From: Leidyana gryllorum EB-2025a
Lineage: Eukaryota; Protista; Apicomplexa
Length of the DNA stretch: 64,000 bases
Reading direction: 5' to 3'
NCBI GenBank assembly: GCA_048772705.1
Contig: JBLWGC010000211.1
Coordinates: 1-64,000, forward strand
Under the pieces are notes generated by a model. It was not told the origin of the DNA. It did no database searches and saw nothing but the letters and a program-made list of their open reading frames with translations. Numbering within the stretch: the first letter of the stretch is position 1; every line of letters starts with the position of its first letter. Made by a program: the position numbers and the translations under genes. This document shows positions 44,750-57,968 of the stretch, one piece after another.

Positions 44750-46690
44750 TCAGCTGTATGCGCTGGCTAGGCTTCTGAGCCGTGCAGGTGCTTCCGCTCC
44801 TACTTCTTCGGTCCGTGAGGAAGACGAAGAGGACGAGGTAACAACGTGTGCGACGTATCCTTCGGGCGGCCTACTAGAGTCCGGAAAGTGACTCGAAGGA
44901 TCAGATCTCGCCCAGTCCGAGCGTTTTGGAGGATGCTCCGCAGCTGCGCGTTCGCTGAGGGCTCCTGCAATCGGATGTAGCGCGAGAAGGCAAACACGGC
45001 GTCCTGCTGGACGGAGCTGAACGTGTCCCATTTATACGTTTCCGGGGCTACATGAATAATAAAGATTATCCACCAAGAAAGGTTCTCCCCTCAATGCTGC
45101 TTACCATCACTCAAGTCGTCCCTCACAATGCTCAGGCTGACCCCCGAATGGCCAATATACGGTGCCGTTCCGAGTGTGTTCAAATCCACGCAGCGTAGGT
45201 AGACTGCGACGAAGTCGCCCCCGTTGTTAATTCTTTTTGCGGCTTCCCCCCCGACCCTCATCGCTTCAATCCTTTTGGCGGGTTCGCACTCCAGTTGGAA
45301 CTTCAACTCCAAGCCCGTTCCATCCCAGATCTCGTATACAGAACCGAACTGTGGACTGACAATGGCCGTAGGTCGGCGGCCCGGAATGCCTGTTTAGGAG
45401 TTAGTGCTCACGACGATCATTTCCCGCTTTACCTTTATTCTTGGCCAAAGCCCTCAAATACTCAAATTCAAAGATCCTCCATCTGACCGTCAAACTCAGC
45501 ATGTACGCTCCGGGTTCCATGAACTTTAGCTCGGACGACTCGGCGATGAGTACCCTCTTATCCTGCCCCAAAGTGGGTTCTGGGCACCCCACTGGACCCG
45601 TTTGGCACGGCGGTTGTGACAGGAAACAAGAATTCAGTGATTGAGAAGGCGAACACATTCCTACAAGTTTGTCAGGATTCTGCTGCTGCTGCTGTTGCTG
45701 TTGCTGCTGTTGCTGCGGTAATCTCGGTGGTGGGGGTGGTGGTAACTGAGCCCTCTCGAGCGTTGGCAGAGCTCTCGTAGTCTCAACTACTGCTGTTCTC
45801 TGAACGGCTTCAGGCTGGGGAGGGTCTGCAGGAGGGTCAGCTGCCTTGTGCGCCACATCTATCGAAGTTTGGGTGCTCGCATCGGCCAACTCCATCAGCG
45901 CACCCCCCCCTCTGTTGTCCTCTGGACTGGCTGGCCGCGCCGTGGGGGGCAGCTGGAAGGAGAAGAGCTGTTCACTGTCTGGGAACAGAGTGCCAACACT
46001 CAACGGGCAGTTGTCAGCCTTGTTGGGCGGGGGCGGCTGCGACATAGAACGTTGTCCGCCCAGAACTCGTCGGCCACCCAGAACTCCGCCGCCTCCTCTC
46101 CGCTTGTTCGAGCCGAGAGGGGGATAATTCGATGCCATCGGATTGAATTTGTTCACCAATCTCCACAGTGTGTCAGTGAGGGAGCGCGTAGCCCGAGTTT
46201 CCCGTCCCTCTTGAGCGGTCGCCCTCCTTCCTCTTTCCCTCAGTTTCCGCGTGTTATTTTGGACCAACACACTGTAATCACTGCTGCTCCTGGAACGCAA
46301 TGAGGAGGAGGTGCTGGATGACCGCCGATGTAGTCGCCGTGAGTCCCGTTTGTCTTGTCGGGCTTGCCGCCGTCGTGGTTGTCGTGCATATCGGGGGGCT
46401 CGAGGGGCCGGAGTAGTGTAATTGGGGCCGGGCCACGCCGCACACAAAGCGGCTGCAGACGGAGAGAAGGGTGCCGTCTGCTGTGGCACGAGGGGCACTG
46501 GCGTACCCCAGTTGGGCCATCTGGGACTGGGAAGCTGTGACGGCGAGGAGCAGCAGGAGCAGGAACACGAGCAGTCGTCGCTACCACTGAGTGACGAGGA
46601 CGAAGGTGGTGAGCCCGATGACATTGGCCGCAGCTGTGAGGGGGGCGGAGACATTCCCCGATAGAATGTGCGAGGAATTGGGCCCTGCAT
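44750..46690 (-). CDS. Hypothetical low-complexity protein with polyQ and a globular (possibly C2-like) C-terminal part, multi-exon
   Basis: 429-aa ORF plus downstream exons (AVYLRCVD..YIGHSGVSL). CAG repeat at 45681-45716. Confidence 0.5.
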
Positions 46691-46754
46691 CGCCTTAGTG
46701 CTCTCAAAGGTGCACCTTCCCGAGATGAGATTTGGCTATTGGGTGCCACACCTC

Positions 46755-49700
46755 TCACTCGAGTCGTAATCGACGGCGTTTGCGCGCTTCGTCTTTACCT
46801 TTTTTAGCGTATGACCGTTTCCTCTCCAACTTGGTGGCCGCAGCTTTGATCTTGTCCACCCGCTCCTGCTCCTTGGCTTTCTTTTGCGCGACCGCTTTGC
46901 TCTTCTCCTTCATTAGTGCCAACTTTTCACGTTTCTGAACAGCAGCTCGTTTCACTAATGCTGCCACGTGTTCTTCCTGAGCCGTTAGAGTGGGTGCTAA
47001 CAGCCGGTGCTCTTCGCGTTGGTCGGCAGTGGCCTTGGGCAATAACTTCGGAATCGACTTGAAGGGCAACGCTTTGACCAAAGAGGCGGGCAACCGCATC
47101 GGCTTTGTCTTGACCTCCGGATGTTCCGGTTTGGCGCCATATTCACCCATCTTTGACGATGGCGGTGGGAGTTGAAGATCTGAGAGCAGTATGACACATA
47201 AAAAAAGTGCGCGACACACATACCTTTGCGAACTTCCATGAATGTTCGGAGACGGTCCCACGACTTGATGTCCAGCATTGGATTACAGAACGGCTCTAAG
47301 GGTACTTTATACCACGTCTTGCAGATAATGACGTCACTGCGACGAATAGGAGCCTCGAAAGCAGCTCGGAATTCCCCCTCGTAACCGCGGGCCTTCTTGA
47401 TGATACCGCGAATACCAGATTGGGTCTGGATAGAGACGCCTTGAACTTTGCTGACTTCAAGATCGGATGTGAACATATTCTTGACGAACGCTGTGTTCTT
47501 CTTCACCTCACTGACTTGGCCAACGAACTTCAGTTTCTTCATAATCTTCGGGTTCGGGGTGTTCTCCAAAACCGTTCCGGTCAAGGAGATCCTAAAGTCT
47601 GCCAGCTTTTTGTTGCCGTGTTTTATGGCCAACACGCCAGCACCCGGAGGAGTGTTGAACCCGTGAATGAAGGTCAAGCAATGCATGTGTTCCGGTGTAT
47701 ACTTCAGATAGCGGATTCGTACATCGTTACGATCTTCCATTGCAAAGTAGGGTAACGACTGATACCGCCGCCATCCAATACTGAAAGTCAACGGTTCCGT
47801 ACTTTTGAGAACACGCTGATTGTACCGATGCTTCTTCACACGACAGTTCAGATAAGTCAGTGTCCGTTCACCTGCCAAGACGCCACCCAAGACCACAGGA
47901 CGGCTTCCGTCGAACTTGGTGACTTCTTCAACCCATTCCTCCGGCAGTCCTCTGATAACGATACGGACGAACGTCCCTATGGGAATATCGCTCGATCCCG
48001 AAAACTGTCCCATTACTCCCTCAACATCTTCTTTGCGTAACTTGGCTTCCGCCTGTTCTTTCTTCCGTTGCTCAAACATTTGCTTTTGGTATTCCTCAAT
48101 ACTGTCCGGTAACTCCAATACCTCCTTCTCCTCCGTCGTCATACCTGCGTCCCAACCTCCGGTGATGAAGAAGATGGATCGGAGCGTTCGCAACCGCTTT
48201 ATCGGGAACATTCGAAGACGCTCTTTGTCACGTATAACATCGGTTCTGCCTTCGTCGTTATCATCTGACGGCGCCGGCAGACCTTTGACCAAAGAGTAAC
48301 GGAACGCATTGGATGGTTTAGTGAGGTCCGGGAGATCGGCATCGAGCCGATCGGAGACACCAGGAGTGTCGTCTTCCTCGTCAAAGAGATCCTCAGCTTT
48401 GGCTGTGGCACCCATCAAACTCTTTCCTGATGACATTATCTCATTGAATATCATCAGATCAATCGTTTTCAGACGTTTCGGGGTATAGATGGCCTCTTGC
48501 CAATTCAACCTCCATTCCCTCGGGAGCTCCTCTTCGGCGGCCTCGGCAGCAGCAGCAGCCCGGCGTGAGACCCGATCGAGGGTCTTTGAGATCCGACTCA
48601 CAGATCCCGACATTTTTTCGCTGTCTGTTGTGCGCCGCCCCCTCCTCGATGACGTCTCGTCTTCCCCATCCGAAGAAGCTGTCGTCTCGGGCTCTTCATC
48701 ACTGGAGGAGGAGTTATTATCCTCCAGGGCGATTTTCCGCCCGGCTGCTCCATGATCTTCTTGATCAAAGTCTGTCACGGCCAGTCGCGCCCAGTCATCG
48801 TCCGAGAGCTCATCGTCCTGATCCAACAGAGCCTCGCGCTCTTTGGTTGCGTCCTGAGAGGCTCCTTTCCATATTCTCACAGTGGTCTTCTGCACCTGTT
48901 GCTCCAGCGCGTCTTCGGCTCGGTGTAAAACCCGCATTTTACGCACAGCGTCAGTCATACTGTCCTCACCCTCAGCCTCAGGTGTCTCCCCACCGTCGTC
49001 AGAATCATTGTCATCAGAGTCCTCCCCGGCTGGGGGAGCCTCACTCTCCTCGTCAGAGGTGTCCCAATCCGTGTCTGAGCCTGAGGCCTCCGCCGCCTCG
49101 ACAGCACCGGCGTCGTCCTCGGCCGGTTCCGCGTCAGAGGCACCGTCGTTCCCGTCGCGGTTTTCGAGGGCGGCGGCCGGAGTGAAGGCAGCCCGGTTGG
49201 ACGGCAGCTTGATATATATGCTCGCCCCCTCCACTTGCAGATTGCCCACGTCACACAGAGGCGCGTATAGAACGCGCTCGTTCTGCTTGAGGCGTTTGGG
49301 GCCGGGTTCCACCAATTTGCGACTCCCAGACTCGGGTAAGGGACACGGGTCGGGAATGACGTCCACAGTCTCAATCTCAAAGTCTCCAGCACCTGGGATG
49401 TGAATTCTCTGGTTTCCGTGTAAGCGAGTGCCGCGCACATAGCCCGAAAAGGCCATAGCGCGAGTGCCCTCCATGTCTTTATCTCCATTGTAAGCTTCAA
49501 GCTCGATAGCCAGAGGCAGGAGATAGGGATGCTGAGACCGCCAAACGAGCGGTTGGTAGCGTTGGACAGCAATGAAGCGACTCAGATTGAGAACTTCGCG
49601 CTTAAGATACCTCTTCCCTTTCAACCCGGTAAGGAAGAAGAGTTTGGCTCCGTCATAAACTTCAGTCCAGAAGCGATGTTTGAGAGTCTTCTTGAGCTTT

Positions 49701-50309
49701 TTGCACGCCTTGTTGTCTTTGAAAGCGTCGAGCTTCGACAGTACGCCCAGAACGCGTGGAAACCCGTGGGTTTGCATAATATTGAGAAACTCAAACGTAT
49801 CCATCTCGAGCCCTTTGGTGGCATCAACCATCAGGATGGCCAAATCAGCAATCTTGGCCAAGTCAAGGAGGGCCCCAATGTCATTGGGCGCCTCCACAAA
49901 GGTCAATCGACGACTTTTTGATACCACTGTGGTCACAGGACCCGCCAAACTCGTTATCGTCTGTTTGGTATAATGCTTAATCAACGATTTGATTAGCGTC
50001 GATTTTCCGACCCCTGGGGGACCTTGGACCACAACAATATACGGGGGAGCGTCTACTAAGGGCGTTTTATCCACAACGCGCTCATATTTCTCTCGCTTCT
50101 CAGCAATCTCAGCCGCCCGCTGGTTCTTCTTTTGCGCCGAACGCCAACCTCCCGAGAACGTGAAAGCCTAGAAAACTGTAATATGGTCCAGACCGCAACC
50201 CACCTACCTTGTGATTGGGCTTTGAGACATTCTGCTTAGCCTTCTTCTTATTAACCTTGGCTCCTGACTTCTGCGCCCGGTGAGCCTTCTGGCGAGGCTG
50301 GCCTTCCAT
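46755..50309 (-). CDS. BMS1: Ribosome biogenesis GTPase BMS1
   Basis: PPYIVVVQGPPGVGKSTLIKSL, KIADL, HGFPRVLGV, WRSQHPY, SIGWRRYQS, LKYTPEHMHC, KKLK..KNMF, SGIRGIIKK. Confidence 0.97.
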
Positions 50310-50344
50310 CAGCACAGCCCGTAAATTTTTCAACCACCTGACAA

Positions 50345-51301
50345 ATGGCCGCCCCCGCCGCGCGTGACTAGTGAGTGAACCGATGCCGTTCCGAGTGTTC
50401 GATGCCTTCTCAGCAATCATTTGCTGAAGCTAGTCCTGATTGGAGACACTGGAGTGGGGAAGTCATGTTTGCTGCTCCGTTTCGCAGTAAGATCTCCCAC
50501 GTTGTCGCCCACTCCCATCTTTCCTATCAGGACGACACTTTCACTGACAGCTATATAAGCACTATCGGTGTTGACTTCGTAAGAACACTTTCACTTTCAA
50601 TGATTCTGGTGACTTTACAGAGATTCCGTACCATAGATATTGATGGAGAGATTATCAAGCTGCAAATCGTGAGTCGCTCGCTACAGCACACACATTACTG
50701 CACACACGCAAACTACATCGCAGTGGGATACAGCCGGTCAAGAACGATTCCGAACTATCACTTCAGCGTACTACCGCGGGGCTCATGGAATTGTTATAGT
50801 GTATGACTGTACCAATGAGGTAAATTTCATTGAGCACTGTTTGGCAGTGAGGCGCGCGTCGTTGTCCAACGCCCCCCTGCCCTGCCCTGTTTCGTGGCTG
50901 AAAATGGAATTTCACTCGTCGCAGGAGAGCTTCAACAATGTGGATGCTTGGGTTGCGGAGGTGCAGAACCACGCTGATGAAGCTACCCCGAAGATTTTGG
51001 TTGGCTGCAAGTCTGATTTGGCTGATGCGCGAGATGTTACAACGGCTGATGCTGAACGGAAAGCCAAGGAACTCGGAGTAGAGTTCGTGGAAACATCAGC
51101 TAAGGATGCAACCAATATTCAGGAGCCGTTTGTCCGAATCGCTCAAACGATCTTGAAGCGTTTGTAAGTTGGCATGAATATACATCTACCATTGGATTGA
51201 TTATTAATAGGGAGGAACAAGCACCTCAAGCACCGAGCAATCGGCTAAATATTGATGATCAAGCGTCCGACTGGAGCAGTATATTCGGCGGCTGCTGTTA
51301 G
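50345..51301 (+). CDS. RAB1A: Rab1 GTPase (Rab1A-type), 7 exons
   Basis: Spliced: [64 protein letters not shown]; ETSAK; C-terminal GGCC. G4 motif reads CKSD. Confidence 0.93.
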
Positions 51302-51323
51302 TTTGAGCTAGCTAAATCTTGTG

Positions 51324-53954
51324 TCACGTTGGAACTTTGTTGTCGTCTTTGTCTTCTTCACAACCTCCCACATGCTGCTGCTGCTTATTATTGTTATCTT
51401 CAGCATCGCCGTGTTGCAGATGAACAATTTGCGCACTGTCTTCGCAAGGATCATTTTCCTGATGATCGTTAGGCCCCCCGTCACCCCAAAGGCTTTCTTG
51501 CGGCGTTTCTCCGAAGTCCCAGTCATCTGAACCGCTGTCATCGGCCGCTTTGGGTGTCTCCACCGCACCCTTCTTTGCTGCGTCGTTGCCCTCCTCACCA
51601 AATTCTCCTTTATCCAGATCCGGGCTCTTGGGCGGCCACTCCTCGTCCCCTGTTTGAAATGCAGGCGCAGTTGTTGCACCAGGGGCGAAGGTCTCTGGGT
51701 CCCGGAATTGGTCCGCAGTGTCTGTTGGCCAACTCTCCCGCCTTTCACTGGTGATTGAAGGAGCTGCGGCCTCCTCCGGAGGCGGCGGGTCAGGTTTATA
51801 TCGCGCGGCGCGCAGCTCCTCGGGGATTTCCACCCCGGAGGCTGTCAGCACTCTTTCGAGCGCGTCCAGACGAGATACAAACTCTTCCCCAGCGACCAAA
51901 AGGGTCAGAGCAATACCTGTGGGACGCTTTAAAAGCAGCCAACTCGTGTGTGTGTGTCACCTACCATTGGCTCCAGCACGGCCCGTGCGGCCACATTGAT
52001 TGACATAATCTGACATTTCGCGAGGTACTCCATAGTTCACCACCGCATACACCCGCTTGAAGTCGATACCACGACCCAGCAGATTGGTTGATATAAGTAT
52101 ATTTATTAGTCCCTTTTCGAACTTCCTCATGACCTGACAGATAATGTCAAGAAGGCTCGACAGCGGCGGCGGCTGCCTACTCACCTGCTCTCTCTCGTCT
52201 TGACGCTGCTCACCGTGGATGAGTGCGCAAAGGTGGTTCGGTAACTCTCTCTTGAGAGCCTCTTCGACGACAAAGAGGTCTAAGGGTGAGTGAGTCTCTC
52301 GTCCCTGGACGAAAGTAAGATTGGGTGCTCACCTGCTCGAAATGTTGTGAAGACAATGACGCGGTACTCGGGAATCGGTCTCAGGAAGTCGATGAGTGCT
52401 GTGAGTCTGTCCTCTTTTCTGTTGACAGTGATGAAACGATGTTCAATGGTCTCGATAGTGTGCGCTTCTTCGGTCCCAATCGTCATTCGAATCGGAGGAG
52501 TGTCGAAGAGGTGGTGCGAGAGGCTGTTGACCTCCGGATTCCAGGTGGCCGTCCACAGAAGTGTTTGACGATCGGGCCGAATATGTCTGCCAATGCGCAA
52601 TAGATCTCTGTGGAATCCGCGGTCCAGCAGTCGATCAGCTTCATCGATTACAAAGTATGTCACATCGCACAGCTCGACCTTTCCCTTCTGCAAGACTGGA
52701 TGGGAGAGGAATTGGCAAAAATGACTCACCGAGACAAAGTCCAATAGCCGGCCTGGTGCGGCGATAAGAACGTGACACTTGGCTTGATTGAATGCATCTT
52801 CGACCACCATACGGTTCCCCTGTCCTCCGATGAGAAGAATTGATTTGTAGCCGAGAAGGTCTAAGAACTCATTGGCTTCAGTCTGAATTTGAGTACATAA
52901 TTCTCGAGTGGGAGCGAGTATTAGTGCTCGAGGCCTCTTCGGCTTAATTGGCAACAATTCTTCGTTGGCCTCCAAGTGGGACAAGAGAGGCACGACATAA
53001 GTCAAAGTCTTTCCCGTGCCGGTTTCCCCGACGGCTATCAGGTTGTGACCTGAACAGACTATAGGCCATCCTTGCGCCTGGATACTCGTGGGAGCTCCGA
53101 ACTTTCCCTGTAGTTTCTCGGTGACATCGGTTCTGAACCCCGCGACATCGAACACCACACACGGGTTCGGGGGGTCAACTGCGGACAGAGTATACAATCA
53201 ACAGCAGTTTCCTACGAGTGAACTCACCCGCAAATGGGCCGTCCAACTTGACTTTATAGCGTTCGCGCATCGCCTCTGCCTCCGCAGGAGCCATTGCAGC
53301 CACTGCTGGTGCTGGACGGTGAGTGTCCCTCACAAAGGGGGCGAACTGAGAACTATCCAATACGGGCATTGCTGCGAGAGCCCAGGGTTTGGGTGACCGG
53401 TTTCTGCGGGTCGCGTTGGCATCATAGGGCTTCTCTCCATAGCGAACCCGCGGCTCTGGCAGATGATATACGGGGCGGGGCGGGGCCGCCAGGCCGTAGT
53501 GCATTGGCATTTGAGGTGGGCCTGGAGGCCCATGATAATGAGAGTAGCGCCCGCCTGGTTGCGGGAAGGCGGACACTGGGGCTGCTGAGTAGTAGGCGGA
53601 GGAGGGACGGTGCAGATAAGGACTCATCGACCGTGAGTGGACCCAGTGTTCGGGTGGAACGCGACCATGCTGCTGCTGTTGCGGCGGCGGATACATACTA
53701 CGATAATGAGGGGGCGGCAAATACGGAGGGGGAGGATACTCAGTTGCTGGGGGGTGGTAGGAGGGCCGTCCCCCCCAGCCTTCATGATACTCGTCTGGTC
53801 CCCACCCAGGTTCTGCTCGCCTGGAAGGCCTCTCGCGTGGTTGCGAACGAGAGCGGCGGGTGCGTCTCCGTCTCCTTTCCGGATAGGGGGAGCTACTGGA
53901 GTCGGAAGAACTTTCGTAGTCGTGGGAACTCCGGCCCCGCACCCTCCTAGCCAT
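51324..53954 (-). CDS. DEAD-box RNA helicase (DBP2/DDX5-like, divergent), multi-exon
   Basis: PTSIQAQGWP, GTGKT, PTREL, PGRLLDF, DEADRLLDRGF, IRPDRQT, TAT, GRGID, QCGRTGRAG. Confidence 0.9.
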
Positions 53955-53995
53955 CGTGTTGTTGTTCTTCTTGGGGAAGAGCGCCCGAAAAAGGC

Positions 53996-55312
53996 ATGAC
54001 ACTTATTGTCGGACGGATTGCAACTACGCTGCTCTTCCTGAATCTCGGGTTTGCGGTCGGGGTGTGGGTTAGCTCAATACCCGACTTGAAGGAAGCCTTC
54101 AATTTGAATGGCAGTCAGCTCGGGTTCATGATTTTCCTCTCCGGAATCGGAGCAGGCGGAATGGCCTTTCCGTTCGGATGGGCTATCGACAAGTTTGGTC
54201 CCCAAGCGATCGTCTATTGCAGTTTCGTAGTTAGCCAACTGCTCTATATGTGGCTACCGAAGATAGCAGCGGCTGGTTTCAGACCCTACGCGTACTTGTT
54301 TCTACTCAGTGTTACATCGGCGGGCGGCGGTATAGCCATGAATACGCGGGCCAGCGAAGTCGAGGTTCTCTGGGGTTCGCCCGTGATGTCCAGCTTCCAC
54401 GCCGCGTTCAGTCTGGGGGGTGTCCTTGGGTCTGCGCTGTATGCGGGTCTATTGAAACTCGGGCTAACATGGCCCGCTGCATATCCTATGCTGTGCCTAT
54501 TTACTGCTTGCACAACCTTCACTGCCGCCTCCTTCATGAATAGCGGCGTAGATAGATCCCTAATCCTCCGCGAGCCCTGCACTCCCATCTCGCCCACCTC
54601 CTGGCGCAGCTACGTGGATATCGTTGTGCTGTGTCTGGGCTGTATCAATTTTCTCGCCATGATGACTGAGGGCGCTATTGGCGACTGGACGTCCCTATAT
54701 TTTCAAGAGGTGGCTCACACGCCGCCCTACATGGCCCCCTTGGGCTACACCAGCTACGCATGTGCTATGGCGTCCCTTCGATTCATGGGCGACCTCATTA
54801 TTGGCCGATTCGGACGCCGGAACGTCTTTAGAGCGGGCGGCGCGTTGGCCTTCTGTGGCTTGGCCACCATGCTGACCTTTCCCTACTTCAAGCCGGACCT
54901 AGTTGCTCTCGTCCTAGTGGGCTGTGGAATGTCCAACATGGTGCCTATCGTCATGTCAAGTGCAGCAGCTCGAGGAGGCCGAGACGGGCCCGGCTTGGCC
55001 ATTGCTACTGCCTCAGTCATGGGCCAAGTGGGACTCCTCGCTGGCCCCTGCATCATTGGCTTCCTCGCTGACTACGCCGGAACCTTGCGGATAGCTCTCT
55101 GCACCTTGCTCGGGACTACTCTCTTGATCATGGCTGGGGCAGGGCTGGTGGTGGAGGTGAAGCCTCTCCCCACCTCAGATACGCAGAACATTGAGATTCT
55201 CATTGACCCAGCTGAATGCATGAGCTCTTCGAACGTTGCTTATGCTGCCTACGAAGACATGGGAGGAGAAGCGAGTACGCGAGCACCCAGCTTCGCAGCC
55301 CTTCAAAAGTGA
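53996..55312 (+). CDS. MFS transporter (bacterial YbjJ-like), intronless
   Basis: About 12 hydrophobic helices; IPDLK, MSSFHAAFSLG, EGAIGDW..Y, RFMGD..RFGRR, GP.IIG.LA. Confidence 0.9.
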   Translation: MTLIVGRIATTLLFLNLGFAVGVWVSSIPDLKEAFNLNGSQLGFMIFLSGIGAGGMAFPFGWAIDKFGPQAIVYCSFVVSQLLYMWLPKIAAAGFRPYAYLFLLSVTSAGGGIAMNTRASEVEVLWGSPVMSSFHAAFSLGGVLGSALYAGLLKLGLTWPAAYPMLCLFTACTTFTAASFMNSGVDRSLILREPCTPISPTSWRSYVDIVVLCLGCINFLAMMTEGAIGDWTSLYFQEVAHTPPYMAPLGYTSYACAMASLRFMGDLIIGRFGRRNVFRAGGALAFCGLATMLTFPYFKPDLVALVLVGCGMSNMVPIVMSSAAARGGRDGPGLAIATASVMGQVGLLAGPCIIGFLADYAGTLRIALCTLLGTTLLIMAGAGLVVEVKPLPTSDTQNIEILIDPAECMSSSNVAYAAYEDMGGEASTRAPSFAALQK

Positions 55313-55322
55313 ATTTTTCGCC

Positions 55323-56711
55323 ATGTCAGTATTGGTAGAGACCTCAGTTGGTGACTTGACCATTGATTTGTTCGTCGATGACGCTCCACTCATCGTTACA
55401 AACTTCCTAAAGCTCTGCAAGATCAAATACTACAACAACTGCATATTCCATCACATCGAACAAGACTTTGTTGCCATCTGTGGTACCGAAAAAGGCGCTG
55501 GCTTAGTCGCTCCACGCAATAAGGATGACAATGTATCGGGACCCACAGTCTGGGGCCTCCTCGACCAACGATTTGCGGGCCTCTTCGATGACAAACCTGA
55601 GGAACAGTACGTAAAGTACCTCCCAGACTCAATTTCGGACAAGTATAAGCATGACCGCGTCGGGATAGTCGCCACTGCCAATGAGCGCCACCATCAAAAC
55701 GGAGCCACCTTCTACATCACGCTGGCCAAAAATCTGAGCTCCCTCAACGGCAAACACACCATCTTTGGCATCGTCGTCGAAGGCATTGATGATGTGCTCC
55801 GCACCATCAACAAAATACCCGTTGACGAGCGTCACAGACCCCTCCAACCCGTCCGAATCCGCCACACACTCGTCCTTGAAGACCCTCTACCGGATCCACC
55901 ACATCTCAAAAGACTGGTGCCCTCCCGATCACCCACTCCTGTCCGTGATGCCAAGCTTTCAACCCTCCGTACCAAGGACGACGAATTGAGAGTGCTGGAA
56001 CGCATCAGTGAAGGAGAAGCGCGCTCCCGCGCGATCGCCCTGGAGATCTTGGGCGACATACCCGATGCTGACATGAAACCCCCCGATAATGTGCTCTTCT
56101 TGTGCAAGTTGAATTCCTACACGGAAGAGGAGGACCTCAAAACTATATTCAGCCAGTACGTCATCGCTGTGTTCGTTCGTAAACATACACACTATCTTTC
56201 AGGTTCGGCAAAATACTGTCATGCAACATCATTCGCGACTGGAAGACAGGCGACTCCCTTCAATACGGATTTATCGAATTTGAAGACGTCAAATCATGTG
56301 AAACAGCGTACTTCAAGATGCAAGACGTGCTCATTGATGATCGCAGGTAACCATTCCTTTCTCTGTGGCCTTCTCCATACGTTTCCCAGGATCCACGTCG
56401 ACTTCTGTCAATCAGTCTCTCGGCAATGGTTCCAGAGTCAGCGTGCGGGTAATCGGGGGACCAGACAGGACTTTATGGACATCCAACAATTGGTGGATGG
56501 ACATGCTGCCAACGGGCCCCCGGCCAAACGGCCAATCACCGAGCGACCCCGCATCGACAAAGGCCCTTACCATTCGGGTCGAAACCATCGAGACGCTGGG
56601 TCTCGCGATCGGGGTCGGGACAGAGAACGCGATCGTGATAGGGACCGCGACCGCCACCGCCATTCCAGATCTCACGACCGATATCGGGATCGCAGAGACT
56701 ATCCCGCATAA
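55323..56711 (+). CDS. PPIL4: Cyclophilin-RRM protein PPIL4/CYP59, multi-exon
   Basis: [64 protein letters not shown]; RD-rich tail. Confidence 0.93.
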   Translation: MSVLVETSVGDLTIDLFVDDAPLIVTNFLKLCKIKYYNNCIFHHIEQDFVAICGTEKGAGLVAPRNKDDNVSGPTVWGLLDQRFAGLFDDKPEEQYVKYLPDSISDKYKHDRVGIVATANERHHQNGATFYITLAKNLSSLNGKHTIFGIVVEGIDDVLRTINKIPVDERHRPLQPVRIRHTLVLEDPLPDPPHLKRLVPSRSPTPVRDAKLSTLRTKDDELRVLERISEGEARSRAIALEILGDIPDADMKPPDNVLFLCKLNSYTEEEDLKTIFSQYVIAVFVRKHTHYLSGSAKYCHATSFATGRQATPFNTDLSNLKTSNHVKQRTSRCKTCSLMIAGNHSFLCGLLHTFPRIHVDFCQSVSRQWFQSQRAGNRGTRQDFMDIQQLVDGHAANGPPAKRPITERPRIDKGPYHSGRNHRDAGSRDRGRDRERDRDRDRDRHRHSRSHDRYRDRRDYPA

Positions 56712-56723
56712 TAGTCTGAGCCC

Positions 56724-57866
56724 TCAACGACGTTTGGCCTCCTTACGCACCGCAAAAGAGTCCCCCGTGGCCCACTGGTCCTGCGAAACCACCATATGAG
56801 CATAAGGGGTACTCCCACTTGACGGACTTACAAATGCATAAGCTTCCCGCTCCTTCCGCATGACATTCTCGCGATGTCGTGCCTCACGATCACGACCACC
56901 CATCCATTGCATGTCCTCTGTATATAGGACGCTCTTGTCCTTCAATAACGTAACATTGAGTAGAAGATAGTATGAAAATAGTACCTGATGCTTCCCGCCC
57001 TTGGGAATCGCTTGCTTGAAGATAGTTCCACGCAGACGTGGCTGCCCTTTGCTGATGTATACTGTGCGCTTTCCATTGTGATCTGTGAAAACGGGAACTC
57101 GACGCATTGTCTGGTGCCCACAAGAAGCGCAAAACTTGTTGTCACCCCGCTCTGACAACTTCTTGCAACTCCTGATTGTGACAAACAAATGTGGTCTTAC
57201 AATCTGTTATGGTACTTACGTGCAAACTTGCGTCCATTGCTTCAGACGAGTGATACGCTTCCCAGTAGGTGTCGTGATAGCAATCCCAGACAAGAGTAAT
57301 ACGTTTTGAATTGCAAAGTCTCCAGTTATGCATGAGACCGCAGCAGGAGCGTCTTCAACTTGTTTCGTTCTGCTCTTGCTGAATTGGAAATTCTCAGCCG
57401 TCATCCATTCCCCGTTACCATCATCTTCATCGTAGCCTGGAGCAATACCACTTTCAACCGCAATTGGACTGCTGTCCATTTGCGCGTCAATCGAATCACG
57501 CTCCTGACGTTTCCGAGCTGGAGGCTGAGTCACCGTCAGTGCTTCTCGCACGTCTTGCTCGGACCGTAAAGGCTCTCCTATCAACTTCTGATGATACACT
57601 GCCAATGCAGCAACCAGTTTGTCAACCGTCGATAGAGCCCCCAGGTCTCCGCTCAGCTGTGCTATCTGCTCCACATATTTGATAGCTGCTTCATCTGGCT
57701 GTTCCACATGCAAAAAGGAACCCATCACTTCCAGATGCTCTCTCCCGCGCCCATCCTTGACTTCTTGAAGTACCTGGCCAGGGCATACGTATTTGACCGT
57801 CGGATCGAAGAAATTCCCGTGACGCACAATGGCGCCAGTATCTACGACTACCACCCTTTCTGCCAT
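56724..57866 (-). CDS. NOB1: 20S pre-rRNA endonuclease NOB1, multi-exon
   Basis: PIN motifs VVDTGA, EVKD, GD..LS.VD; TGDFAIQNVL; Zn ribbon FCASCG..TMRRV; RGT.F.IP. Confidence 0.9.
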
Positions 57867-57968
57867 CCGTGTTCAGCAATTTTTAGGGATTTTCGCAACC
57901 ATATTCAACCAATCATTGACTAGATAGCCGAGCACACGTGTGTTTGCCGTTAACTGATCAGTCAGTTA

